DNA of 64,000 nucleotides, taken from positions 6,239-70,238 of the forward strand of contig WGUO01000019.1 of NCBI GenBank assembly GCA_014867205.1, given 5' to 3'. Position numbers and translations under genes: made by a program. Within the stretch, counting starts at the first letter, position 1. Each line of letters opens with the position of its first letter. The notes beneath the pieces are model-generated. The model was not told the DNA's origin. It did no database searches and saw only the letters and a list, made by a program, of their open reading frames with translations. Shown piece by piece: positions 10,646-20,118 of the stretch. Source of the stretch: Muribaculaceae bacterium (GTDB lineage: Bacteria; Bacteroidota; Bacteroidia; Bacteroidales; Muribaculaceae).

Positions 10646-12598
10646 ATGAAGAAACAGTTACTATTGCTTAGCGCCACATTCGTGGCGGCAGGCACAATGC
10701 TTGCGGCACCGGTTGTTCCCGAAGGGTTTATCCGGTCAGAACGCACGGCACCCCGTCCAGAGAGAGTTGAGGCGCCTGCACGCGCCGAGGGTGAGACACC
10801 CTTCATGTACTATACGTACGCGGAGGATGCAAAAGACGCATATTCGCTTAAGAATACCAAGCGATATGTTTATCTGATGTTTGAAATTCCTGCTGACGAT
10901 GCAGCCCAACTTGCAGGAAGCAAGATTACTGGCATAAGATATACTGCCGGTACTTCAGACAGGGACAAAAGCCTAATCCGTAGAGTAGAGGCTTTTGCAA
11001 CTGAAGATATAACTAAACTTCCTGAGTTCACATCCTCATTGACTAACGTGACAGAGTTCAGCACGACAGATATCGCTTTGGAGACTCCGCTTGAGATTTC
11101 TGGAAATAATCCTGTTTATGTGGGATATAGATTCAAGTACTTGGATGGTGCTTATTATATTCCTACAGATAATGTCTTGAGAGCAGATATGCCAAATACG
11201 TGTATGGTAGCAACTGTAAAGGATGATACGACAATTCCACAGTTTTCATCAGTTGCGAATGAGATCGGGTCTCTTTGTCTTGCCGCAAAGATAGAGGGTA
11301 ATAATCTTCCGAAGAACATAGGTTCAATCAAAGGCATGCAAATTGCGGGATATATTGCTCCTGAGAATGATGTAAACTACACTGTCCTGGTATGGAATAA
11401 CGCATCTAACGCCATCGAAAGCGTAAAGGTCCGCACTACGATCTCCAATGGAGATGTCTTTGAGAATACAGTGCAGCTCTCCACACCAATTCCGGCCTCA
11501 ACAATGGGCAGAGTTAATGTTAGTGGAATTGCCAATAATTTCAGATCAAAATCTACGAGCAATACAGCAAAGATTACCTCCACGCTACTCGAAGTGAATG
11601 GAGTTGCTCAGACAAAATCATCTGAGGCGGAAGGCGAGTTCATGTCGTACGAAGGCGCGTTCAAGCGTGCAGTCGTTGTAGAGGAAGGCACCGGTACATG
11701 GTGCGGATGGTGTCCGCGCGGCATAGTCATGATGGAATATTTCACTCAGGCTCACCCCGATTGGATTCGTATCGCGGTCCACAGCGAAAACGCAACCAAT
11801 GAGGATGGCACGCCCAACCCCGCAGCCGTGATGAATGTTCCCGCATATAATGGCTTCCTTCAGAAATACACCCCTGGTTTCCCCGGCGCATATGCCAATC
11901 GTGAGATTGAGGTGAATATCAATGGGGCTGACGCTGCAAGTTATCAGCCGTTGGTAGACAATATCCAGAATGTGCCGACATACTGTGACCTCGAGCTCAC
12001 TTCACAGGTGACGGAAGACAAGCAGAACATCGAAATAACCGCAAAGGCGAAGTTCGCCCTTGACTCGAGGGACAAGCACCTGATGTCGTTTGTGGTTGTA
12101 GAGGATGGACTCGGTCCTTTCCTGCAGAACAACTATTACTCAGGTTCAGCCACGGATATGGGCGGCTGGCAAGACAAGGGCAGCCAGGTTCCTACTATCT
12201 ATAAGGATGTGCCCCGCGCGATCAAGAACTACCCCGGCCTGCAGAACGCACTTCCAGCCAAGGTTGAGAAGGATGGCGAATACGAGTACAAGACAACCAT
12301 GTCGCTTGGCGGGGCCAATCCCGAGTGCTATCGTGTAGTGGGTATGATCACTAACCAGAAGACCGGTGTCATTGTTAACGCAAGGCAATTCTCTGTAGGT
12401 GGCTCAGGCATTGAGGAGACAGTCGCTGAGAATAGCAATGTCGACATTCGCGTAATCAACGGTGAGATCGTTGTTACCGGTGCCACTAATGTTGCAGTCT
12501 ACACACTCGACGGCCGTCGTGTCGGCACCACAGGACTTGGCAGCGGCATCTACATCGTTAACGCCGACGGGGTCAGCAAGAAACTTATGATCAAATAA
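10646..12598 (+). CDS. Omp28-related thioredoxin-like exported protein with T9SS-type C-terminal domain
   Basis: Signal peptide, EEGTGTWCGWCPRG, IRIAVH, VVEDG...QNNYY, and C-terminal VYTLDGRRV...GIYIV...KKLMIK. Confidence 0.8.
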   Translation: MKKQLLLLSATFVAAGTMLAAPVVPEGFIRSERTAPRPERVEAPARAEGETPFMYYTYAEDAKDAYSLKNTKRYVYLMFEIPADDAAQLAGSKITGIRYTAGTSDRDKSLIRRVEAFATEDITKLPEFTSSLTNVTEFSTTDIALETPLEISGNNPVYVGYRFKYLDGAYYIPTDNVLRADMPNTCMVATVKDDTTIPQFSSVANEIGSLCLAAKIEGNNLPKNIGSIKGMQIAGYIAPENDVNYTVLVWNNASNAIESVKVRTTISNGDVFENTVQLSTPIPASTMGRVNVSGIANNFRSKSTSNTAKITSTLLEVNGVAQTKSSEAEGEFMSYEGAFKRAVVVEEGTGTWCGWCPRGIVMMEYFTQAHPDWIRIAVHSENATNEDGTPNPAAVMNVPAYNGFLQKYTPGFPGAYANREIEVNINGADAASYQPLVDNIQNVPTYCDLELTSQVTEDKQNIEITAKAKFALDSRDKHLMSFVVVEDGLGPFLQNNYYSGSATDMGGWQDKGSQVPTIYKDVPRAIKNYPGLQNALPAKVEKDGEYEYKTTMSLGGANPECYRVVGMITNQKTGVIVNARQFSVGGSGIEETVAENSNVDIRVINGEIVVTGATNVAVYTLDGRRVGTTGLGSGIYIVNADGVSKKLMIK

Positions 12599-12629
12599 GA
12601 CTAAGGTTACTAATTATTTTCATTCTGAG

Positions 12630-12665
12630 AGAGTCGGTGTGCGTGAGCATGCCGACTCTGTTTTT
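12630..12665 (+). terminator. Intrinsic terminator after the first Omp28-like gene
   Basis: Stem agagtcggtgtgc/gcatgccgactct followed by a T tract. Confidence 0.8.
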
Positions 12666-12713
12666 AATTTGACTTCGTTACAATAAAACTAAGCAGCAAA
12701 GAGTTTTTGTTAT

Positions 12714-14030
12714 ATGAGAAATATACTTTTATGCATCTTCTTAGTCGCTTCCCTGTTGCCACTATATGCCGGTGAGGAGGAGACGCCCGCATATGGCGTC
12801 AAGATCGAACGCCTTGTCCTTCCACATCATTACCCATATCTTAATGGCAAGATTGACTACGACATATTAATAAGAAACACCGGGTCACAGACGATACGCA
12901 ATCTCTATGTGCATACGGAGATATCCAATGGCTGTACGTTTGATAGGAATGTCGCGCTGTCTAACGCGCTATTGCCCGGTAAGACAGCATACGCAACGGT
13001 GCGTTACGTCCCTAACCCCGAGCCGGGTGTCTATCTGTTGACATCGAGGATTGATAGAGTCAACGACAATATAATTGATACCCCGGCGGTTGAGCAGAGA
13101 ATAGTGGCAGCCTATGATGACGGATATGAGCTCAATGCACTTGTTGAGGTGTCGACATCGACTTCCGAGGGGAAGTCTCCGGCCGAGAAGGTGCTTCTGG
13201 GGCGCATAAAGAAATACAGGCCCAACTGGGTAAGGGTGGCGGTACACAGGGATGATCCTATGGCCGATGCCTCGTTCGATGACTTTGCTGAAAAACTGAC
13301 AGATAAGGTTCCGGGGGTATCAATCAACAGGAATGTGGTTTCCGGAGATATTGAGGAAGTGATAAGTGATCTCGACTCTCTGCAGACAGTTTTCTCAAGT
13401 TATCCGTCATATGCTTATTTGGCGCTTGACGCAGTGCCGGATACCGACAGAGAGTTCGTGCGGGTTAACGCCAGTGTCCAGTTCTCATATCCTACAGACT
13501 TCGAGCACAGGCTTGCCTTTGCAGTGGTTGAGGATGGAGTGGGTCCATATGACCAGACAAACTCATATGCGGGAGGTGCCCAAGGCAAGATGGGGGGCTG
13601 GGAAAACAATCCCGGCGTAGTCCATACGTCGCACAATGACGTCGGAAGATACATTACAGGATTTGACGGGATAGAAGGCTCTCTCCCCGAATACATCCAG
13701 CCTGGACGCGTATATGAATATTCAGTGACACTGCCGGTAGGGAATGTGAGTCATGATATGTGTCGCATTGTGGGAATGATAATCAACTCATGGAATGGCG
13801 AGGTTGTCAATGCCTCGCAGATACAGATGTCGCGATCGGGTGTGGATTCCGTTACCGATGATGCTCTTCCAATCAGGGTCAATGTCCTTAATGGCTCTAT
13901 CGAGGTGTCAGGCGCGGATACATTTGAAGTCTATTCGCCTGCCGGCAACCGCGTCGCTGCGACGGGACTCTCAACGGGAATATATATCGTGCGTGTAAAT
14001 GGGGAGACGTATCGCGTGATTGTCAGGTAA
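12714..14030 (+). CDS. Omp28-related paralog lacking the CxxC motif, with T9SS-type C-terminal domain
   Basis: Aligns by eye with the upstream gene (WVRVAVH, VVEDGVGPYDQTNSY, MGGWE, CRIVGMIIN, GIYIVRV). Confidence 0.75.
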   Translation: MRNILLCIFLVASLLPLYAGEEETPAYGVKIERLVLPHHYPYLNGKIDYDILIRNTGSQTIRNLYVHTEISNGCTFDRNVALSNALLPGKTAYATVRYVPNPEPGVYLLTSRIDRVNDNIIDTPAVEQRIVAAYDDGYELNALVEVSTSTSEGKSPAEKVLLGRIKKYRPNWVRVAVHRDDPMADASFDDFAEKLTDKVPGVSINRNVVSGDIEEVISDLDSLQTVFSSYPSYAYLALDAVPDTDREFVRVNASVQFSYPTDFEHRLAFAVVEDGVGPYDQTNSYAGGAQGKMGGWENNPGVVHTSHNDVGRYITGFDGIEGSLPEYIQPGRVYEYSVTLPVGNVSHDMCRIVGMIINSWNGEVVNASQIQMSRSGVDSVTDDALPIRVNVLNGSIEVSGADTFEVYSPAGNRVAATGLSTGIYIVRVNGETYRVIVR

Positions 14031-14164
14031 GCGACAGACTTTCTCGCATACGCGGTGCCAGGGGGGACACTTCACAATAATTCCAGCCTTAAGTCAGTTA
14101 AGAAATAGGAAAAGTATCATGGAGAGCAACGCAGGCAACTTATGTGGTGTTCAGTCCATGATAT

Positions 14165-15061
14165 ATGAAACAAATAAAGCCAGGCATACAGATATACATG
14201 AACCTTGGACTCCACTATAACATCAACCTGCCTCAGGATCTGACCTCGATACTCGAGCAGGACTTCTGGATGCTCGAGAACATCGGGGCAGCCATGCTCA
14301 ACACCCTGAGCGAGCCGATAAAATTCGCGGCAAGTTCCTGGATATTCATTTTCAAGGGGACCTGCAAGGCTGACATAAATCTCGTCACTTATGACATCAA
14401 GGCTCCGGCAGTTGTGTCTGTACAGAGTTCGCAGATTATGCAGCCCAAATATCTCAGCCATGATTTCAATGCCACAGTTATGGTTGTATCGAAGCGCCTT
14501 GCAGAGAATCTGTTCATGTTCATGAACAACTCGCCACTTTCAGCACTTGCTGCCCGCCATCCTGTCACCTCGATTCCGGATGCTGTGCTTCCGGCCTTCG
14601 AGCGGTTTATCCAGACGACCCGTGATATTGTGAGTGACACAGGGAATCCATACGGGCTGCAGGCACTACTTTACAATATCCTGTACTTTATTCATCGCGA
14701 GGGATATAAGGTATATGAACCATACACCAACGAGATAGTGAGCCGACAGGGACGCATGTCTGACCAGTTCCTGATCCTGGTGCAGAAACACTTCCGCAAG
14801 GAGCGCTTCCTTGACTTCTATGCCTCGCTGCTTGAGGTGACCCCCAAGCATCTTTCGCGAACTGTCAAGAAACAGACCGGATTCACTGCCGTTGAGTGGA
14901 TAGAGCGCTATGTGATACTCGAGGCCAAGGTGCTGTTGAAATCATCCAATCTGAATATACAGCAAATCGCTGACGAGCTCAATTTCCCGTCACAGTCGTT
15001 CTTTGGTAAGTACTTCAAGAAACTGACCGGGCTTTCGCCTAAGGAGTTCAGGAATTCATAG
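14165..15061 (+). CDS. AraC-family transcriptional regulator
   Basis: C-terminal HTH region FYASLLEVTPKHLSRTVK...IQQIADELNFPSQSFFGKYFKKLTGLSPKEFR. Confidence 0.92.
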   Translation: MKQIKPGIQIYMNLGLHYNINLPQDLTSILEQDFWMLENIGAAMLNTLSEPIKFAASSWIFIFKGTCKADINLVTYDIKAPAVVSVQSSQIMQPKYLSHDFNATVMVVSKRLAENLFMFMNNSPLSALAARHPVTSIPDAVLPAFERFIQTTRDIVSDTGNPYGLQALLYNILYFIHREGYKVYEPYTNEIVSRQGRMSDQFLILVQKHFRKERFLDFYASLLEVTPKHLSRTVKKQTGFTAVEWIERYVILEAKVLLKSSNLNIQQIADELNFPSQSFFGKYFKKLTGLSPKEFRNS

Positions 15062-15082
15062 GCTGAAAGTACTTCATGAGAT

Positions 15083-15111
15083 AAAAAACACCATGACATG
15101 GTGTTTTTTTT
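15083..15111 (+). terminator. Intrinsic terminator after the AraC gene
   Basis: Palindrome aaaaaacaccatg-a-catggtgttttttt with a T tract. Confidence 0.75.
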
Positions 15112-15144
15112 ATGTCCGATGGCCTATTATATGCTAAAAATTCC

Positions 15145-15152
15145 TAACTTTG
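15145..15152 (+). promoter_or_regulatory. -7 box of the EamA gene promoter
   Basis: TAACTTTG(CA), about 110 nt upstream of the ATG. Confidence 0.6.
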
Positions 15153-15261
15153 CATATGGAGACTGAGTGGGGAAGCCGCCAATGTGACGGCTGACTTGAA
15201 TCTGATACAGTAAACACAAAACAAGAGGCGGTGTCACAGAGACATCCGCATTGCTGACACC

Positions 15262-16197
15262 ATGAAATCAGGACACGCATCAAAGAGCAAATATCTGAAA
15301 CTGCTGGCACATCTCGGGGCACTCATCACCGCCTCGGCTTGGGGAACATCGTTTTTAAGTACAAAGGTCCTTATGGAGAACGGAGGGTTTACTCCGGTCG
15401 AGGTGTTCATATATCGTTTTCTGGCGGCGTATCTCATTCTTCTGATATTCACGTTACGTAACATACGCTCTAAATCATGGCGTGACGAGCTGACGTTCAT
15501 GCTTTGCGGCATCTGTTCCGGCTCGTTATATTTCATCACTGAAAATTATGCGTTAAAACTCACCACCACGGGCAACGTCTCTCTGTTGGCGTCAATTTCT
15601 CCGATATTCACCACCATACTCGTGGCCATAATGTACAGGCAGCGTATCAAGCCCGGGGTTATGGCGGGTTCAATAGTGTCATTCATAGGGGCTGGATGCA
15701 TAATATTCAGCCATGGCGAGAGTCTTGAGATAAGGCCGGCCGGCGATCTGCTCGCGCTGTCGGCAGCGCTTTCGTGGGCAGTGTATACCATGGCTATAAA
15801 GCGGGTTTTACCGCTCTACAGCGGCTTTTTCGTGACGCGCAAGATGTTTTTCTACGGAGTCCTGTCAGCAGTCCCACTGTTGCTCATACAGAAAGAGCCC
15901 CTGCACTTATCATTGCTTTTTGATGTGTCCGATCCGCAATACATCATGAATTTCCTCTTTCTTGTAGTGATGTGCTCGATAGTGGCGTATGTGATATGGA
16001 ACGAGGTGATGCGTATCCTCGGGCCGGTTACTGCGAACAATTATCTCTATTTTCAGCCTATAGTCACAATGGTCGCGGCATATTTCCTGCTCGGCGAGAA
16101 CATATATCTTCTGGGATATGTGGGATGCGTGCTGATTATCGGAGGCCTGATATACTCAGACAAATGTCCAGACGGGCGAATCATACGGAAAGAATGA
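15262..16197 (+). CDS. DMT/EamA family transporter
   Basis: Ten TM-like segments; motifs WGTSF, ENYAL, SPIFT, GDLLAL and YFQPIVT. Confidence 0.9.
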   Translation: MKSGHASKSKYLKLLAHLGALITASAWGTSFLSTKVLMENGGFTPVEVFIYRFLAAYLILLIFTLRNIRSKSWRDELTFMLCGICSGSLYFITENYALKLTTTGNVSLLASISPIFTTILVAIMYRQRIKPGVMAGSIVSFIGAGCIIFSHGESLEIRPAGDLLALSAALSWAVYTMAIKRVLPLYSGFFVTRKMFFYGVLSAVPLLLIQKEPLHLSLLFDVSDPQYIMNFLFLVVMCSIVAYVIWNEVMRILGPVTANNYLYFQPIVTMVAAYFLLGENIYLLGYVGCVLIIGGLIYSDKCPDGRIIRKE

Positions 16198-16198
16198 A

Positions 16199-16239
16199 CA
16201 ATCAGCCGGAACTGTCACAAAGAGAGTTCCGGCTGATTG
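16199..16239. terminator. Hairpin between convergent EamA and rubredoxin genes
   Basis: Perfect 15-bp stem caatcagccggaact/agttccggctgattg. Confidence 0.7.
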
Positions 16240-16261
16240 ATTATTTGCGCGTTCTATGGTC

Positions 16262-16429
16262 TTATTCCTCCGGAAGAGGCTCGAAGTCCTCTTTGGAGAC
16301 TCCGCAAACCGGGCATACCCATGAATCGGGAATATCCTCGAAAGGGGTGCCGGGGGCCACGCCGTTGTCGGGATCGCCTGTCTCGGGATCATAGATCCAG
16401 TCGCATACTGTACAGATGTATTTCTTCAT
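16262..16429 (-). CDS. Rubredoxin (55 aa)
   Basis: Not in the ORF track. Manual translation: [55 protein letters not shown], with two CxxC motifs in classic rubredoxin spacing. Confidence 0.95.
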   Translation of the reverse strand: MKKYICTVCDWIYDPETGDPDNGVAPGTPFEDIPDSWVCPVCGVSKEDFEPLPEE

Positions 16430-16527
16430 AGCGATGTTATAGTTTAAGTGTTTAAAGTTATTTTAAGGTATAACACTCAAGGTGTCATATGGTTCACGTT
16501 AAAAATGTGTCATAAGTTGAATTTTTA

Positions 16528-16559
16528 TTTGGATAATTCGGTTGCAAGTGCTATATTTG
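16528..16559 (+). promoter_or_regulatory. Full Bacteroidetes promoter for the Fur-family gene
   Basis: TTTG (16528-16531), a 20-nt spacer, then TATATTTG (16552-16559). Confidence 0.7.
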
Positions 16560-16584
16560 CAACAATTCCATAACACCAGGTCCT

Positions 16585-17064
16585 ATGAACAAAACCACAC
16601 TTAGGCAGGAGTTGCGGAGTCAACTCGAAGCCTACCTTACATCCAACGGAATGAGGCAGACATCAGTAAGGTACAAGATACTTGACAAATGCGTGGACCA
16701 GAGGGTTCACTTTGATATCCACGAGCTCTACGAGGATTTGCGGCGCGAGCAGAATGTTAGTCTTGCGTCGGTATACAAGACGGTCGAGCTGCTTTGCGAG
16801 TGCAACATATTGAGAAAGCATTATCTCCGCGAGAATCAGGCTGCGTATGAGATAGCGGGTGAGAGCCATTTGCATCTGATATGTCTGAATTGCGGAGCGG
16901 TCTCGATACTTGAGATCGGGGATTCCGACATCGGCGACGAGAAAGTCGAGCGTCTGATTGCCTCAGGAAAGTATCGCTCCTTCAAGCCGTCATTTCTGAC
17001 GGCCAACGTATATGGTCTGTGTGCTTCCTGCCGCAACGTGGCACGCGCACACCGGCTGGATTGA
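16585..17064 (+). CDS. Fur-family transcriptional regulator
   Basis: Motifs SLASVYKTVELL, HLHLICLNCG and C-terminal GLCASC. Confidence 0.85.
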   Translation: MNKTTLRQELRSQLEAYLTSNGMRQTSVRYKILDKCVDQRVHFDIHELYEDLRREQNVSLASVYKTVELLCECNILRKHYLRENQAAYEIAGESHLHLICLNCGAVSILEIGDSDIGDEKVERLIASGKYRSFKPSFLTANVYGLCASCRNVARAHRLD

Positions 17065-17114
17065 GTCAACATTTCAATACCTTAAATTATAAATACCTTA
17101 AATAAGAAAGAACG

Positions 17115-18359
17115 ATGGCAAAAGTAAAACCTTTCAAAGGTGTACGTCCTCCGCGTGAACTCGTTGAGGAAGTTGCTTCGCGTCCCTACGACGTGCTTAA
17201 TTCAGAGGAGGCCCGTAAGGAGGCCGAGGGCAACGAGAAGAGTCTTTACCACATCATCAAGCCTGAGATTGACTTCGCTCCCGGTTTTGACGAGCATGAC
17301 CCGGCCGTCTACGACAAGGCAGTCGAGAACTTCAGGAAGTTCCAGGAGAAAGGCTGGCTCGTACAGGACGCCAAGGAGAACTATTATATATACGCTCAGA
17401 CCATGGATGGCCGCACGCAGTATGGTTTCGTTGTGGCAGCATGGGTTCCAGACTATATGGAGGGCCGCATCAAGAAGCATGAGCTTACCCGCCGCGACAA
17501 GGAAGAGGACCGCATGAAACATGTGCGCTGCAACAACGCAAACATCGAGCCTGTCTTCTTTGCCTTCCCCGACAATGAGCGCCTTGAGCAGATAATCCGC
17601 GAGGTGAGCGCCGGAAAGCCAGAATATGACTTTGTGGCTCCCGACGGATTCGGACACACCCTCTGGGTGATTGATAATCCGGAGACAATTGCCGAGATCA
17701 CCGCCGAGTTCGAGAAGATTCCGTCGCTTTATATAGCTGACGGCCATCACCGTTCGGCGGCTGCCGCGCTTGTCGGCAACGAGAAGGCCAAGCAGAATCC
17801 CAACCACCGCGGCGATGAGGAGTACAACTACTTCATGGCTGTTGCATTTCCCGCATCTCATCTCAAGATCATCGACTATAACCGTGTGGTCCGTGACCTG
17901 AACGGTCTGACTCCTGAAGAGTTCCTGGCTCGTATCGCCGAGAACTTCGAGGTAAAGGATATGGGTACCGAGATCTATCATCCCGCCGGACTCCACAACT
18001 TCTCGCTCTATCTTGGCGACCACTGGTACTCGCTTACCGCCAAGCCCGGCACATACAATGACTCAGATCCGATTGGCGTGCTTGACGTAACTGTGTCTTC
18101 AGATCTTATACTCCGCGACATACTCGGCATCACGGACCTGCGCTCGGACAAACGCATCGACTTTGTTGGCGGTATCCGTGGTCTCGAGGAGCTGAAACGC
18201 CGTGTCGACAGCGGAGAGATGGCAATGGCTCTGGCCCTATATCCCGTGACTATGGACCAGCTGATCGACATTGCAGACACCGGCAACATCATGCCGCCGA
18301 AGACCACATGGTTCGAGCCTAAGCTTCGCTCGGGTCTTGTGATTCACAAACTTGACTGA
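17115..18359 (+). CDS. DUF1015 family protein
   Basis: Motifs ASRPYDV, IKKHELTR, YIADGHHR and MPPKTTWFEPKLRSGL. Confidence 0.9.
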   Translation: MAKVKPFKGVRPPRELVEEVASRPYDVLNSEEARKEAEGNEKSLYHIIKPEIDFAPGFDEHDPAVYDKAVENFRKFQEKGWLVQDAKENYYIYAQTMDGRTQYGFVVAAWVPDYMEGRIKKHELTRRDKEEDRMKHVRCNNANIEPVFFAFPDNERLEQIIREVSAGKPEYDFVAPDGFGHTLWVIDNPETIAEITAEFEKIPSLYIADGHHRSAAAALVGNEKAKQNPNHRGDEEYNYFMAVAFPASHLKIIDYNRVVRDLNGLTPEEFLARIAENFEVKDMGTEIYHPAGLHNFSLYLGDHWYSLTAKPGTYNDSDPIGVLDVTVSSDLILRDILGITDLRSDKRIDFVGGIRGLEELKRRVDSGEMAMALALYPVTMDQLIDIADTGNIMPPKTTWFEPKLRSGLVIHKLD

Positions 18360-19495
18360 TGAATTTTAAAAAGAATATACTTATTGCGGTCGCGGCGGCA
18401 GTCATGCCTGCCGCGGCCTTTGCATGTACATCGGCCATAGTCAGCGCCGATGCCAATCCATCGGGGCGCCCCATCTTGTGGAAGCATAGGGACACAAGCA
18501 CTATCGACAACAAGGTGGAATACGTCGCGCCTTCAAAGGGTAAATACGGGTATGTAGCCCTGTTCAACGCAGCCGACAGAGAGTTGCGTGAGGCCTGGAT
18601 GGGCATGAACGAGGCAGGGTTCGCAGTGATGAATACAGCCTCATATAATATCAAGGATGACAAAGTGCCGGCCAAGAAGATGGACCGTGAGGGAATCCTT
18701 ATGACCCGCGCATTGCAGACATGCCGCACAGTCGATGACTTCGCGCGGCTGCTCGAGACTTATCCCCGGCCAATGGGTGTAGAGGCGAACTTCGGGGTTA
18801 TCGACGCCACCGGAGCCGGCGCCTACTTCGAGACCAATAATCATTCGTACGTTAAGTATGATCTTGCAGACCAGCCCGACGGTGTGCTTGTGCGTACGAA
18901 TTACAGTCACTCCGGACGCCGCGACGAACTTACCGGTTTCGTGCGGGAGGCTGATGCCAATTGTCTGCTCCGGCCATACATCGACGAGCGTTCGGTGACT
19001 CCGGAGGTTCTGACCGAGGTTGTAAGCCGTACATTCTATCAGGACATGCTCAAGCGTGATTTCACCTCAACCGGCCTGACCCGTGTGCTCGACAAGGATT
19101 TCGTGCCCCGCTACAAGTCAACGGCGACAATAGCGATAGAGGGTTGTCGGCCCGTAGAGTCGTTTGACTCGGTGACTCCTGGGTTTGTTGACCGTGAGTA
19201 CATTATGTGGACCGGCATGGGCTATCCTCCTGTAGCAGAGATCAGAGCGGTCAGATGCGACGCGGCAGGAGTCCCTGCAGACCTGCGGGGTACGCTGCCC
19301 GGCGGCCATTGCGCGGCCGGTGACGAAGCCAAGAGAAAGCGCGACGAAGTATTCACGCTGACTCCGGGGAGTGAGGATAAATACGTCGATTTATCGAGGC
19401 TCTACAATGAGCAGGGAACAGGATATTCCCAGCAGGCGATACTCGAGAACCGGATTACATACCGCGAGGAAAAGGAGAGGCGAGATGGCAAGTGA
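18359..19495 (+). CDS. Exported N-terminal-nucleophile (Cys) hydrolase, C45/acyltransferase-like
   Basis: Signal peptide ending AFA, then CTSAIVS...LWKHRD, GMNEAGFAVMN and VRTNYS. TGATG overlap with the DUF1015 gene. Confidence 0.75.
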   Translation: MNFKKNILIAVAAAVMPAAAFACTSAIVSADANPSGRPILWKHRDTSTIDNKVEYVAPSKGKYGYVALFNAADRELREAWMGMNEAGFAVMNTASYNIKDDKVPAKKMDREGILMTRALQTCRTVDDFARLLETYPRPMGVEANFGVIDATGAGAYFETNNHSYVKYDLADQPDGVLVRTNYSHSGRRDELTGFVREADANCLLRPYIDERSVTPEVLTEVVSRTFYQDMLKRDFTSTGLTRVLDKDFVPRYKSTATIAIEGCRPVESFDSVTPGFVDREYIMWTGMGYPPVAEIRAVRCDAAGVPADLRGTLPGGHCAAGDEAKRKRDEVFTLTPGSEDKYVDLSRLYNEQGTGYSQQAILENRITYREEKERRDGK

Positions 19496-20105
19496 AGGCA
19501 GGCTTATCAATGCAGATAGTGACTGCGGGCTGCAGCCGGAAGAGTCAGACTCAAGGCAGAGCCGGGTATATCGCATGGGAGCCGGCAGGTTCGCACGCGA
19601 GCTGATGTTCCGCTATGCGGGCATATGGATGCTTGCATTGTCGCTGCTTGCCGTCGCGGGGATTGCCTTGGGAATGACCGTCGATCTGCGGTGGCTGTTG
19701 GTCGGGTTGATGGTCGTGTTTGTGGCAGTGCCGATGGTTTTGGCATTTCTATACTACTATCACGGCCTCCGCAGAGGCTGTTTCGTAAACACGATTGCCC
19801 ATCGTATTGTTATTGAGGATGAGGGCCTGACGGCCAGACTGATGATTCCCGTTACGTTACCTTCATCGGCAGAGAATGAGTCGGAAGAAATAAAATCCGG
19901 TGTGGCTGCATATCGCACACGCGACGAGTTTTTCCCTTTCTCGGTAATGGAACGGTTCAGAATCGGCAGTGATTCTGTCATCATCCCGCTCAGGGCACCA
20001 TCAGCCGGTTTTCTGTGGATTCCGGCGGATGCCTTCAATGATACGGAGCATCTGTCCGCACTTCTCAGACGACTCGATTCAGAGACACACGACGATAAAA
20101 AATAG
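19485..20105 (+). CDS. Hypothetical membrane protein (two TM segments, YcxB-like C-terminus possible)
   Basis: ATG 19485 overlaps the upstream gene end; two hydrophobic segments. Confidence 0.65.
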   Translation: MASEGRLINADSDCGLQPEESDSRQSRVYRMGAGRFARELMFRYAGIWMLALSLLAVAGIALGMTVDLRWLLVGLMVVFVAVPMVLAFLYYYHGLRRGCFVNTIAHRIVIEDEGLTARLMIPVTLPSSAENESEEIKSGVAAYRTRDEFFPFSVMERFRIGSDSVIIPLRAPSAGFLWIPADAFNDTEHLSALLRRLDSETHDDKK

Positions 20106-20118
20106 TTTTTTTACAGCC

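Noticed and set aside
16156..16431. ORF-track calls 16156..16392- and 16237..16431+
   Set aside because: Wrong frames; the real gene is the rubredoxin at 16262..16429 on the minus strand.
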